Below are positions 13,401 through 27,188 of a stretch of 64,000 bases of DNA, in pieces. How positions within the stretch are numbered: position 1 is the stretch's first letter; the number at the start of each line of letters is the position of its first letter. The notes under the pieces were generated by a model. The model saw nothing but the letters and a program-made list of their open reading frames with translations, did not search any database and was not told the DNA's origin. The stretch comes from Camelus ferus (taxonomy: Eukaryota), in contig NC_045696.1 of assembly GCF_009834535.1 (NCBI RefSeq), positions 112,284,001-112,348,000 on the forward strand, given 5' to 3'. The translations under genes and the position numbers were made by a program.

Positions 13401-15879
13401 GGCCACCATTTATCATGTGAAATGAGAAAATTGCCGTCATTAACAGATTGGAATTAATTAAGCATACCTCAAGGAATCACCGGGCAGTCTCTTTTTCATT
13501 TGCCTGTTAAAGGAACGCATTCTTTAGTCGAGCAGTTGAAGCTTTCCATGAAAAAAAAAAAAAAAGTGGCACACTGTGACCTCAGAGAGAACTTGCCAGT
13601 TAAATATCCCCTGCTGTGCTCTGTAATGCAAGATCCACAGTAAGATTAAGAAATACTTCATATTTCCCCCCCTGAAAAACCCGCCACCACTGACATATCG
13701 TAGCAAACACCAGTACCATGATGACCACACAAAAGCAAGCATTGGGCGTTTGGAAACATAAAGCATCTGGTCTCATTGTGTTTCTGTTGAAGGTGTGGGT
13801 CTGGGGGGTGGGTTTGGGAGGGGGAGGCCAAGAGGGGATAAGCATACCAGCACTGACTATCCCTTCCTGTATCCAAAGAAAATTAATCCCACTGAGATTA
13901 ACATGCCCTTGAATCTATTTGCTTCTGCTCAGGTAGTTTTCCTTCCATGAAAAAGAATCTTAGTTCTACAGATGATTATTTTCCATTTCCTCTTTGTCTT
14001 CAAATTCTTGGTATTCCTCCTCTTCCCCAAACCCGCTGCCTCCCTATCAACAAACTGACCCATGCTGGGGGCGAAATTGAGCCTGATGGAGGCTCTATGC
14101 AAAGGACCTCCCATGCAAGCTTTCATTCAGTGCTCATGCTGGCCCCTCTTCCCAGCAGATAAAATGGGCAGAGGGAACAGTCTCCTGTTTCCAGAGCAAA
14201 CTGTTTCCACCAAGGAAACAGTGAGAGGTGAGGAGATTGAGCCAAGGGTCGCAGAGCTGGGTCACAATGGAGGTTTTTCTGGCTCCAAAGTCTGCACTTT
14301 AAAATCCTCTTCTCTATATTTTTCCATAACCTGTTGTCTGTTGGAGGTGATTTCAAATTGTTCTGGGAGGGAAAATCCTGTTCCTTCGGCTCCTCGAGTC
14401 CTTGTCAAGAGAGCATAACCTCAAATTCATAGCTTCTCAAGGCTTACAAAAATCCTTGGCTGAAGAAAACAGTTTTTATGGAAAATTGCCTGAAGGCTAT
14501 GAAGACCTTTTTTTTTTTTTTTTATCTTGACACTCTAATATTTATTTTTGGATTAAGTTCAGATTGTGAGAGAGCTACATGTACCTGGAGACTTTGCTTG
14601 GGACCCCCGTGGGGGACCTGCTTTCGCTGACTGAACTTTGGAATGATTAATTTGGCCCACATTGAGGGACGTTATTAAAAACACAAACACACATAAACAG
14701 AGTCAGATTTACTGTGTTGTTGGGCTGTGCTTGGCGGCACAGTCCTCCGTGTTCTCAAGGTGGCTGGATGACTGCATTTTGTGGACCCTGTCAGCCATGT
14801 GGCTGTGTTAGCCATGGGACTCTCCTTGAGACAGGCTTTTAGGTCATCTGAGCAACATTCATTGTCTACCTTGTAGGGATGCATTTTAATGAACTGGCCT
14901 CAGGTTGGTTCCATTTCTCTCATACTTACTTTCTCTTTCCCCAAAGTTACTCCTTTTACAATTCTAAAAAAGTTGTGCACATGACTTTTTTGTAAGTCAT
15001 AAAATTGATTTTCCTCAATGAAATTGGATGTAGGTAAATAAGTTAATCAAAAATACCTTACATTTGTTGTGGAAAAAATAAGATAACCTATATGGTCTCT
15101 CATATAGATGGTAATTATGATTTCTATAGGCAGTAGTGCTGACAACAGTTATAATCTGTCTATAGAGTCTATGAAAATAGAAGTGGCTTGGGGGTGGATG
15201 GAGTCCATGGCTCCCATAGGATATAGCTTTGAGAAGTTGCTAGGATAACTTTCCTACTCCAAAGTATCTTCTTGGAAGTTCAACCACTGTAGACTCTATT
15301 TCAAAATGCAAATGTCCCTGGGAAGGGTTAATTCCTTGGAAATGGAATCAGGCATAAATATCTTGAACGTGACACTAAGATCTGGGAGGACAAGGATGCT
15401 CATTTAGACAGGACATTTGTTTCAGTTAAGTATAACTGAATTAGCTCAACAGAAGGTTTCCTTTATCTTCATTAATTGCACAAGTTGCCGTTTAATGCAT
15501 TCATATGCCAACATTTAGTGAGCACTTACTATGTGCCAAGAAATACGCAGCGAGGCTACCATGAGGCAGTCATGACTCCTGAATAAAGTTAAAGAAAACA
15601 TCACAGGTAATCCCATGTGACCAGCAATAAATACTATAAATTTGCTTCCCAGAATTTGTCCTGAACCCACATAAGACACCCTGAACATACACAATATACA
15701 TCTGTTAAAAAGTAGAAGAATATTAAGTACCCTTAATATTTAAAACAATCCTATTAAGTCTGTAACTTGTTTTCCCCATTGAACATTTTCGTGTCAATAT
15801 TAATTTCTCCATTGACATTTAAAAGGGCTGCTTATCATTTTCATTCTCTCTCTATTTTAATAAATCATTTTTTATTAGC

Positions 15880-17210
15880 CAGGAAGGTTGTCGCCAGTTT
15901 TTTTTTAAATTATAAACAAGTCTGTGCTAATATCTGTGTCCTCCCAAGCACACTAAAACATTTATTTCTTATGAATAAATTCATAGCAGCAAAAACGCAA
16001 AGCCATTGGTATGAATATTTTAAGGCCCTTGTCATTTACTGCAAAATTATTCCATAGAAAGGATATATCAATTTTCATTCTCACCATCAAGACTGCACAT
16101 GAGTGTTCATTTCTCTACAGCCCGAGTAACAATGGGACTCTTTCTTTTAAATCTCTGCTTTCTCATAACAAGAAATAAAATCCTAATTTGCATTTCTTTG
16201 AAAATTTGCATTGGTCCAACTACTGTTAAGACTGAAATTTAAAAAAAAAATTTTTATTGGCCATTTGCCTTTTTTTTGTAACGTGAATTTTCTGCTTAAG
16301 GCTACGGCCAATTTTCTTTACTTTTCCTTTCTCCTGTCTGTTTCTAACACATGGAGAATATAGTCATAGCCTTTATCTTTTTAATGCATACTTAATAATT
16401 ACAAAATATATGCTCTCTCTCTCTCTTTATATATATATATATGTATATGTATGTGTGTGTGTATATATATACACACGCATGGGGTATAAAGCATATTAGT
16501 AAAATGAGTATGTAGGAATTAGAACTCTTGTCACTTCTGTTGCATCCACCCGTGTGGTTCTTGCTTATCCCATCCACTTGCCTATCCCATTTAACCCCAG
16601 GAGATATCTCTTAAGTTTGGTCTTTATCATTCCCTTGACTTTTTAAAATGTGTAGCTTTATTACAAATATATATATTTTTCTGAACAATATTTCTCTGAG
16701 GTTTATAAAAATGTTAGCATCCTGTGTAGTCTTAAAGAATTTGCCTTTTTACTCAATATTATGTTTCTATGATCTATTTGTGTTGTTGCCTATAACTTCA
16801 TTTTCATTGATGAAAACTATTTAATTTAGTGCATATGAGCACGTCTGCTCACAGATATTTGGATGGTATCCAATTTTTACTTTTTGTGAACAGTGTTACT
16901 ATGACCATTCTTAAACACGAATCCTGATATTCCTGTTAAAGAGCTACTCTAGGATTTTGCTTGGTCATAGGAAATCTGAATATTACATTGTATAGGAGGG
17001 TGCTAAGTCGTTTTCAAGATAATTACACTAAATTATACTCTCGCCAGCAATATATCTCAGAGTATCTGTTGATCGACATTCTAGTGAACACTTGGTATTG
17101 TCACTACCCTTCTTAATTTTTCTAACAGTGAATATAAAATGACATTGCAAGGTGGCCCTGATTTGTATTTCCGTAACTACCAATATGAGGTTGATATGGG
17201 ACATTTAAAT
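15880..17210 (-). mobile_element. Ancient L1 (L1M/L1ME-type) fragments
   Basis: Degenerate antisense L1 ORF2-end/3'UTR motifs (CCTAATTTGCATTTCTTTG, CTGATTTGTATTTCC, TACTATGACCATTCTT). Confidence 0.55.
16413..16476. repeat. Compound (CT)n(TA)n(TG)n microsatellite
   Basis: Directly visible. Confidence 0.9.
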
Positions 17211-20127
17211 TCTTTTTTCAGTAAAATGAAATCTCCTGACTATGTCTGGCTCGGATTATTCGTCTTTTTCTTCCAGTGTACCAGGTCTTTCCATATCCTT
17301 GCTATATTCCATCTCTGCCAGTCGTGTTTACCATTGGAGTCTTGGGTCCCAGCACCAAGCCTTGTCTTTTCCATTTCTCCACAGCACTTCTGTTTGCCCA
17401 CTTCTGAACACACATCTCTGTCTTCCATTCTCAAAGTGGGGAATCAAAAAATTGTGATGAGTACTAAAGAGATGTTAACCTTTGCAGCAGTATTTACTTC
17501 ATGTATATTTACTTAAACCTATTAGGGGATTCAGAGTGGAACAAAACTATATTAACAGCGGCACATGCATACTTTAATTTGGTTCTGGAATAAGATTTCT
17601 TGCGAAGAAGTGAAAGGCAAATCCTGAAATTGCCTCCAGGGGATCAGGGCAGGAGACAAGGATGGTGTGAAGTCCGTGGGCATCTCACAGATTGCCATCA
17701 GAACACACAGAAATCCCTATTTGGTCCAATATGCCATCAAGACATTCTGATAAAAGAGGTTTACTAAGTATGGGAAGGGTTGCTTTCTTTCGAACCACGT
17801 GGTCATCATTAAGTGCTATTTACTGGTGTAAAATGTCAAGATTAGGTTTTTCTCTAGGCATCTTATTTTAGATTGGCCAACTTCATCACCATTAAGCAAT
17901 TAACATTAGAGTAGCTTGGTATTAACAGAAGCAAAACCATCGCGGCTGAGAAATGTATGTTATTATAAACATTGCAGAAATTAGATCAAGCGTTATTAGA
18001 GATTGTTTATAGAGACAGACTGACTTGCAGAGCCTGCAGCCCCAGGAGGAGAGGAGGGCCCAGCCTTGGCCTGAGATCCCTGACTCTGAAGGGAGCTCGC
18101 CTGTGAGACAAGCTCAGACGCACGTGCACTTTCTGGATGTGAGCTCTTTGTGATAAATATGAATTACTCCGCAGGCCAGGGTTACTCATGAAAAAGAGTC
18201 CTTTCCAATAAAGTCAAAACCACCTCCTGGAGAATTCTGAAATTTAAGGGAAAATCTTGGCAAAGTATAAACACGGTGAAGTGAAAACTGTGGCCTGATG
18301 TAGACTTTAAAGAATATGGAAAAGTACTTGTGTGTGTAAGAGCAACCTTTACGTTCGGGAAGCAGTTCTTAAAATGAACAGTTGATGGAATGAAAGTCCT
18401 GCCACAAGAAAGGATTTTGCTTACGAGCAGATGGATTCTGACTTCAGAGAGCAGGTGATAGTAATGACTGTTAGTATTTGTTGAGTTTCCACTGTTACAG
18501 TGCTGTGGTAAGTAGCTTATGTGTATCAACTGATGACAGTCTCCTCATGACTCTTTGAAGGTGCCACTACCCTGATTTTACAGACCAGGAAGCTGAAACA
18601 CAAGTTTAAAACCCTGCTCAAGGACACAGAGGGGGTCTGCGTAAAACTGTCCTGCAAAGTCTCCTGCCTCATTTCTACTGCCTTTGCCCCCCAAATTATC
18701 TGCATTAATACCATTTTTGGTTCAACAAGATGAACCTTTCCTAATTAGTACTTTTGCCGTTGACTGTCGCCCCTAGAGGTGAGGGGCAGTCTCTGAACAA
18801 TGCCGCTCCCGACGCCCCGTGTGATTCACCCCAAAACAATGGCTACATAGCTTACTGCTGCCATCAGCACCCACAGGGCACAGGTCAAACCACCACCCTT
18901 ATCCCCAAAATGCCCTGACATTTCAATTTTGTCTAAACATTTGTAAAACTTATGGACATTTGGCAAAATATCTTAATACTAAATTAACAGGATGCCTTCT
19001 CATTGGAAGTGGTCATTTCCATCAAATGGTACAATGGCCTTTTTTAGATTTTGGCCAAAAATTGGAAAAAAAAAAAACTACATACACAGATTTTCATGTT
19101 ATTAAATTTGATTCATCTTATGATGTAAAAAGACAGTAGCCCAGGTACCCACTTCACTGAAGGCAAAGTTAACAAGGGAAGAGTTTAGTGAGGCCCAGAA
19201 TCCTTCAGTGAAGTTTACATGTGATGTAAACTTTAGGTCTCAAAACAATTGAAGAAGGTTTTTGGTTGTAAGGAACTAAAACATCTCAGATGTGGAGAAC
19301 TAACTGAAGTAGTTGTAAAGACCAGGACATGAACAGAGGATAGAACTAATTGTATGACAAAACTTACTCTAAGTATAAAAAAAGAAAGGGCGTATTACTG
19401 AAAAAGGGTGCCAGGAGCCAGACAGGGAAGTTGCTCAAATTTGCCTGATCAAAGAGGGAGAAGCCACCATGAATTCTGGAAGGTTAGACAAAGTCAATGA
19501 AATTTATAGCTCACAAATCCTGAAGAGACGGCCAGATAGCCAATAAAGTGATGCTGGAGATCATAAAGAACCAATAATTATAATGGTAAGATCGCTGTGG
19601 CCAATGTTCTCTCAGTGACTGGAACTTGAAATATGAACTTGTAATAAGAATCACTCTTCTGGAGAGTCACACAGGCTCCAATAAGACAGCGATGGGTAAC
19701 CTCGCAGAGCTGGGAGGCAAAGGCTTTAACATTAAAATCAAAGTGCATATTAAACAAGACAGGTGGGGGGTCATGGAAGAGGGTGGGAGTTTAGCACCCA
19801 AGGATCCAAGGAAAGGACCCAAAGAAAGCCAGGGAGGCATACAGAGAAATTCGTTTAAAAAGTCGCGAATGTTGTGACTCATGATCATGGACTTGTAGCT
19901 GCCAGAATTAAGAGAGATTGTCTAGGAAGGGAACAAAAAATCACTTTCCTAAAATATTCATTCGTTCAAGCCGAGGGAGCCACAATACGCAGGAAAAGAA
20001 AGTCATTGTGAGGATAAAATTATGAGAAGACAGCTGAATTACTAGACATTTTTAAAGGGGGAAAAGGTCAAATGCATAGTTTTTCCCTCTCCAGTGGTAG
20101 GAAGGTATTGGCCACAGTTATGGTTCC

Positions 20128-20534
20128 TGTTAGTTTCCTGCGGCTGCTGCAACAAAGTAGCATAAACAGTTCTGGAGGCTAGAAGTCCAAAGTCAGGGTG
20201 CCGGTAGGATTGCTTCCTTCTGAGGCTGTGAGGCAAAATCTGCTCCACGCCTCTCCTCGAGCTCCTGGTGGTGTGCTGGCCGTCTTGGTGTCCCCTGTCT
20301 TATGGCAGCATAACCCCAGTCCTCACATGGCCTCCTCTCTGTAGCCCTGTCTCTGTGTCCACACTTCTCCTCATGACAAGCACACTCACCATCCTGGATT
20401 AGGGTCCACCCTAATGACTTCATTTTAACTTGATCATCTGAGAAGACTCCATTCCTAAGTGGAGTTACATTCAACTCATAGATCCTGGGGATTAGGAGTT
20501 CATCATTTTTGGGGAGACGCAATTCAACCCATAA
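20128..20534 (-). mobile_element. MaLR LTR (MLT1B/MLT1C-like)
   Basis: ACAGTTCTGGAGGCTAGAAGTCCAAA, GGATTAGGGTCCACCCTAATGAC and AATTCAACCCATAA are typical MLT1 motifs. Confidence 0.85.
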
Positions 20535-20854
20535 TGGTCCTGGACGTTTTTCCTGGTAAATCCTGAAATGAGGTCTCATGGGAGGTAGAACCTGGCAGGA
20601 CACACAAGGGAGAACTGATGGCTCTGATGGGCTCACCCAGCAAACGATCAGAGAGATGCGGAGGTGCCTTCTGCAATACCTAACACACGTGTGTTAAGTA
20701 AATATTACAAGAGTGAATTCATGAATGACAGCATGTTTGATTCCCTCTTGTACATCATGGGGACTCTGGTTACACATCAGGAAATGGAGGCAAAGGCTGG
20801 ATGGCTCCTTATCAAACCCACATGCCATCCCAGATGGAAAATTAAAACACCTTC

Positions 20855-21117
20855 AAGATTTGCAGACACTAACTACTACATATAAAATAGATAAACAGAT
20901 TTCTTCTGTAGAGTACAGGGACCTATATTCAATATCTTATACCAGTCTTTAATGAAAAAGAACATGAAAATGAATATATGTATGTATACGGATGTCTGAA
21001 ACATTTTGTTGTACACTAGAAATTGACACAACATTGTAAACTGACCATACTTCAATAAAATAAATTAAAAATAACTAACTTCAAAAACAAAACAAAACAA
21101 AACAAAACAAAACAAAA
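20855..21117 (+). mobile_element. Young artiodactyl/camelid L1 3' end with (CAAAA)n tail
   Basis: ACTACATATAAAATAGATAAACAG...TGTACACTAGAAATTGACACAACATTGTAAACTGACCATACTTCAATAAAA followed by an A-rich tail. Confidence 0.85.
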
Positions 21118-21398
21118 AGCAACCCACCTTCCTCCTTTCCGTGGGTCTTGTGGACATGGCTTTTCCCAGCACCACGCCCAGTGTCCTATGTGTGGCACAT
21201 CACTGCATTTGGTTTTGCAAACCCTTCTCTGCCCATTTCACTTAAATAGCTCCTTCCTCTTCTCTCAACAGCCAGAACATTTACTTTCGAAGCAGTTTAT
21301 TTGACACGGTTACTTATTTCCAACTGACTCATTCATGGATCCATCCACCCATCCATCCATCCATCCATTCATTCCAGTAATCGTGAACCTTCTGGATG

Positions 21399-22106
21399 CA
21401 ATGGTTCTTTTAGTAACATTTTTTATGACACCCGCTTTACTATATCAAGATGAAAATCATAGCTAATATAGCCCACCTACACATGTAATTTCAAAGAAGA
21501 TAATATAATGCCCTGACTGCAATATCATGGATGAATTCAAAGAAAAACATTTATAATAAAATAATAGTTATTTCAACGTGTAAGTGTTCAGGCATGCACT
21601 AGTGTTAAGATGCATGTCCCTCTATGCAAAATTGCATTGAATGTTTTAACTACAAATGCAGGTTGATAAAAATGTGTGGTATTGGTGACCTAAACACCAA
21701 GAAGAGCACTGTCAGCAGAGACACAATTTCCTGAAATGGTGAACGACTCTTCGAAACATATCAAACAACACAAAGACTGGCCTACTCTCAATTTACCCAG
21801 CAATGATAGCCCTATAATTCAGGATACAATAAAAGCATACAATATTTTGCATTCATATTTTAAATGGAATTATGGTTTAGCTTGAGTTAATCATAATTTA
21901 TTTGGGGGGGGCAGTTCTTGACATGACTGTCTGGTGGGACATTGGGAAATCATGAGGACATCAGGGAATTTTTTACTATTTGCAACTCTTGTTCACAGTC
22001 AGCCTCCTAGCCCTTATCCATTTATTGTCTAGAGTGCTGCCAATAATTGCAACATCCAAAAGCATATCCACAAATTTCCAAAATCCTCCACCAGCAAGAA
22101 CCATTG
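21399..22106. mobile_element. ~700-bp hAT-Charlie non-autonomous element (MER20B-like)
   Basis: Perfect 11-bp terminal inverted repeats CAATGGTTCTT (21399-21409) and AAGAACCATTG (22096-22106); MER20-like right end. Confidence 0.6.
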
Positions 22107-25029
22107 ATTCGGTCATTCCACAAACCTTAAGTGAGTTTCTACTTTGTGCCAGGCATTCAGGTTAACAGACGCAGAGAGGAGGTAAATCTATGAAAACAAC
22201 TGAAGACAGCGGAATAGGACATGTATAGTCAAAACAAAACAAAAATCAAAAAAACAGAAAAACAGTACGCACAGTAGGTCCGTGGGTGGGAGGGGATGTT
22301 ACAAGCTTTGCAAAATCAAGGTCTTAGAGGACAAAGAGCCATCAGAGTTTTTGATCGAAACGATTTTAGGTGCTCATGACTTCCCAGTAGGAGTGCGAGA
22401 TACTGTGTGTGAAAATCTTCGCATCACCTTGATATCCGTAGCTAACACCGAGTTGTGAAAATAAGATTGGCTTTAGAGCAAGAAGCATTCAAACCCAGGC
22501 CCACCAGTTTTGTCTGACAACCCTGGGAAAGTTGGTTACCTCCATCTTTGTTCCTTTATTTCTCTTTTCCTGTGGGCAGATAGAGGTAAGACCTGGAGCA
22601 CATTAAATAAATGGCAGCTACGTTTAACACATGCTCATGGCAAAGTGAAAAATCAAGTGGTCTGATGGCAGCACCTGCCCATTGGCTGCTCTACCAGTCC
22701 CAAGTTCTTGGAGGTGGCCTGCAGCTCAAATGACCAGGTTAATTAGAGTCTCTCTCTGCCTTTCTCTTATTTCTCTCTCTCTCTTCCTCTCTCTTCCACC
22801 TTCCCTCCCCACCCCCTCACCTATTTAAATTACCAAAACCATTCAAATGTCAGAGGGAACCAAAGCAGAAAAACAGAGAAGCCAAGACAAAATCGGGAGC
22901 TGCATCACAGCATAAATGGCCAGAGCTCCTGTGGAACTGCCTGAGCTCCATCCTGAAGACGGCCCAGGGGGCAGCCGCCTGGGGGCAGCACTGCCTGTCC
23001 TCATGTGCGTCCACGTGGATGTGTGTGGAGGTTAATCTCCCGTCACTTAAGGTCACCCGAATGGGGTTTTCATCGTTAGAAGCAGAATAGCCCATCTGAA
23101 ATGTGCACGAGTTGTAGACTGATGAGTTCATCAAGACAGAAATTTGGAACCCATGGAAGGTTTCACATCTCAGCCAACTCAGAGCTGTTGTGATTCCAGT
23201 TTTCAGAGGTTCAATTTTCAAAAGGTCAAAAATGCTCTTGGTAAAAGTCTGTTTAATTTATTTCATAAATAGAATACCAAAAGGCATTCTAATATAAACC
23301 CTAAAGCATCCCTTTCTTTCTCCCTTCTTGGTCTCTTTTTGGTATCTATTCTTTCAAACATGCCCTCCCTAGGAATGATCATAGGCAGGAGTAACTTAGA
23401 GGAAAATCCATTCCTGTTTTTATGATCACCTCCATGGACTGAAAGCCTATTTCTATTCAAAAACACACACTGAGAGTTGAAATTCTCCTTTGGGCATCGT
23501 AGTTAAGTTGATGAAATTGAACAGTAATCTTTTTGTTTCTAATTCATGTTCACATATTCCTGATCCCTTTGGGGTGAAGTTCAATAAACAGAATGGACCC
23601 AGCTCCTCATTAGAACTATTCAAAGGATTACACGCTGCGCTCGATCAGAGTCTGGGGAAATTGTAGGGACATCAAGGAGATGACACACAGATTCCTTTAT
23701 TACTGGGGAAAGGGGCACTTCACTGAAGTAATCAATACCTGTTTAAGGAATGGAGCCTTACATCCTACACACACGGCCCTAGGCCTGTGCAAGACCACCA
23801 AAACCCTTCAATCATTCCAAAAGCTTCAACTCTATTTCTAAAACATTCAGATAAAAGCCTTTGGCATCTTAGAACTTTAGAAATACCAAATGACCAAAGC
23901 CAATGAGATGGACAAAATTGCTATAACTGAGTTTACTAAAGTTCCTAACAAGTTTCTTTCACTTTCTTTAAACTTATTTATATTTGGGTTACAAATTGTG
24001 AAGGATACGCACCTAAGGATCATACTATTACGTCTGACATTCACTAAATACCAGCAATATATTAAGTCCCAGATATCTTTAAATTAGATGTGATCTTTTT
24101 TCAGTGGGGTCCTTGTGTACGTTTAAGTATAAATATAACTCACAGTAGAAAGAAGATTAGACTACAGAGCAAGGGTGACGGATAACACAAATTAATGAGC
24201 TGGTTTTAGTTATCATCAATATGCAGGTATCTGAAACAGAATCAACACCCCTGGGCCAATTGTCCTTAACGTGCAATAAGGAATTCCAATCTGGCCGCAC
24301 ACCGTGCTTTAGCCAAGCTGGGTAAATAAGGCTCGTCTTAGTTTAAGACAAGAAATAGAAATAACACTCATTTTACGTCTTGTCATTGCTAATTCTGAGC
24401 TTCACAGTCTGTCGCTCCAGAAAGTTGGGATTGTTTTTAAGCGAATACCCTCTTTTGTGATTCTGACAGGAGAGCACTTTTGGATCATTAAAGAAACAGG
24501 GGAAAAGAATTCTCATTTTAAGATCCTGGCGTTAAACTGAGATCATTTTGAGAGAGGCTCCGAAGCCAAAACTCTTAATATTTTCCAGCTTACAACAACC
24601 TATAAAAAAGCACATGTGCGGCCATAAACCAGAACGAGCAGCCGTGAAAGAAACATAAAGAGAGACAGACGGACAGTTGTCCAACTTTCACAGCGAGCTC
24701 TGGAACATTAAATTTTGAGTGTTCCCTGGCATAGCAGAGCAGGCTTCCCTCCTGCTGGAAGTCATGCTTGCCAGAGGCGACCAGCTCTCTGCCCACAGGA
24801 GAGAGCTGAGCGGAGACATGGCAGTGACTCCCTGCCTATGGGGTCCCCCCTCAACCCCTCATTTTGATGAACAGTGAGAACTGCTCCCACAGGAGTTGGT
24901 GAAACTAAAGAGGTTGTGAGGTCCTATACAGGTCCTTCATCTCCAAGGACTCCGTGAACCATCATGGAAAGACATGCCCACAGTGCAGCTGGGGGATTAT
25001 CTGAGGGGTTAAGTTGGTCTCATTGCCCA

Positions 25030-25240
25030 ACACACTGGGAAGGACATGCACTTTGAAGTCCCCCCAAGATTTGGGCTTGAAATTTGGCTCCAACATGAGC
25101 CAGCCAGTGTAGGCTCTTTAATTTCTCTAAGCCTCATGGTCTTCATCTGTCAAATGGGACTGCTGCTAATGGCCCAGCAGCTATATTAAGAATCTATTTA
25201 AAAAGATTAAGAATGGCAGACATTAAATAAACACTCAGTG
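25030..25240 (+). mobile_element. MIR SINE
   Basis: TTTCTCTAAGCCTCATGGTCTTCATCTGTCAAATGGG core motif. Confidence 0.65.
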
Positions 25241-26984
25241 GATTATCCAGGAGATGCTTGATACATGGTCATTTTTCTTATTGCTTAACTCTCTCTTTTG
25301 TGGATTTCCTAATTTCTAAGCTTGTAGAGACTCCATGATATGAGAATTCAGTCATAATGCAAAGACAAGGATATGCACACACAGAAGATGCTTTAAGTTC
25401 ACTTCTCTCCTGCAAATATATATATTTTTTCCTTTAGGTAGAAGGTGTTAGAGAGCAGAATTTCTGAAAAGTGGTCACAGATTTCCCTCTGAATTGTGAG
25501 TGGTCACAAATGGTCACACCAGTAGCCAAGTCCTCCATGCTACAGAGGAACAGGGTCCACTACTGGCACAGACCAAGGAAAGATGGGCTGTTAGCCTGGG
25601 CGTGGGAACCAGGAGAAAATCTGAGCTATCACATAAGGAATCACTGCTTGTCGGAGTTGAAATGATCTGATTTTACCCCTTTACAGTACAACTTTTCTTT
25701 CTAATTTATACCTCCCCTTATCCTGAAAAGACTTGAATATGACTGTCTTATAATAAAATACTGTTCTTTAAATAAAAATATTTTATAGTTTATGGAAGAG
25801 AAATTCAGCGAGATTGACTATAAATGAGAGGTCAGGTCAAGGACGCTGTTATGTATGGGAAGAAGGTCACGTGTGCTATAGAAAGGTGTTAGACAGACAG
25901 AGCTCAGGCTCTGGTCAGGAACAGGCTGCGCAGGAGTCAGAAGTGAATGGACAGAAGAGTAGGAGTGGGTCTAACATCAGTAGCTGCTGTGGAAATTCTT
26001 CATTTCCTTTTGAGACAGAAGGTTCTGGAGCCTGCATAGAACATGGTGCTGAAAGAACCTTGTTACGAGGCAGAATCAAGAGGCGTGCAGATTATGAAAG
26101 AAATGCTAGCAGATCCCATTGTTCAGTGATGAGACCCTGCTTATGGCGTCATTCCCACCATGTTTGTTCCCTTCACACCCCCAGTTAGCCAGCTTTTCCA
26201 CCCAAGCATGGGTTTTGGTAATTATCAAGATTTTATGAAATTTGGCTACCTCCCTAACTAACCTCAGTGCATAAATAAAGCTTCGTTTAATTTTAGCAAG
26301 AGAAAGTCTGTGTGTAACTTTTTGGACCTGCCCCTGGTTTCATGGTCTTTCTAAACTGCAGGCTTTGACAAAGGCAACAGCCTATCCAAGGGCCAACTAA
26401 CAGACCACACAGTAGCAGTGGCTTCTTTTAATGATCTTTTTCTAAGTGGCTTTAGTATGCTTTGCCTGTAGTAGGAAATAATTAAGCAGCACACTATCCA
26501 GAGAATGAAGTAAGTCAACTTTGCAATTTCCAGCCTGAACTTTCTATACTTTGTCCTTTTACTGCGTCTTCTCCAGACACCTTCCAGTGACATCTTCCAA
26601 GGTGTAGTTACTCAGCACTCTCTCATCAGGGCCCTCAGAAAAAACTGTAATTAATTATTCACCATCTTTTTTTTTTTTGAACTGCTGACACTCTCCTTCC
26701 AAAGGTTGAATTAAATGACATTGCCAATATTTGACCAATTTTGATTTTGAAAAATAGCTATTTCATGATGGGTCGACTCAGTAGTGACGGCATCCTGTGC
26801 CTTGCTGGTAACTGTGAAATGAAAAGAACAGCCTTGTGTTTATAGTGAGAGCAGCCTTAGGTACGATCTAGCCCAGCTCGTTCAGGGACTAAGGAATTAG
26901 GAGAGCTAACATCTCCCCTTAGAGACACAGCCTGATTAGATTCGGGAGGCTTTGACTCCTGTCCCAGTGGTCTTATCTCCACTA

Positions 26985-27188
26985 CAGGGGTCAGCAAACT
27001 TCTTCTGTAAAGAGCAAGACAGCAACTATCTTAGGATTGGGGGGCTATCTAGCCTCTCTCATTGTAGCATGAAAGTGGCCACAGACAATATGTAAACCAG
27101 TGGGTGTGGGTGTTCCAATAAAACTTGATTTACAACAACAGGTGGTGGGCCGGCTTTGCCTTCCAGGCTGAAGTTTGTCAAATACTGC
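26985..27188 (+). mobile_element. MER58A-like hAT DNA transposon
   Basis: CAGGGGTCAGCAAACTTCTTCTGTAAAG...GTTCCAATAAAACTTGATTTACAACAACAGGTGGTGGGCCGG. Confidence 0.8.
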
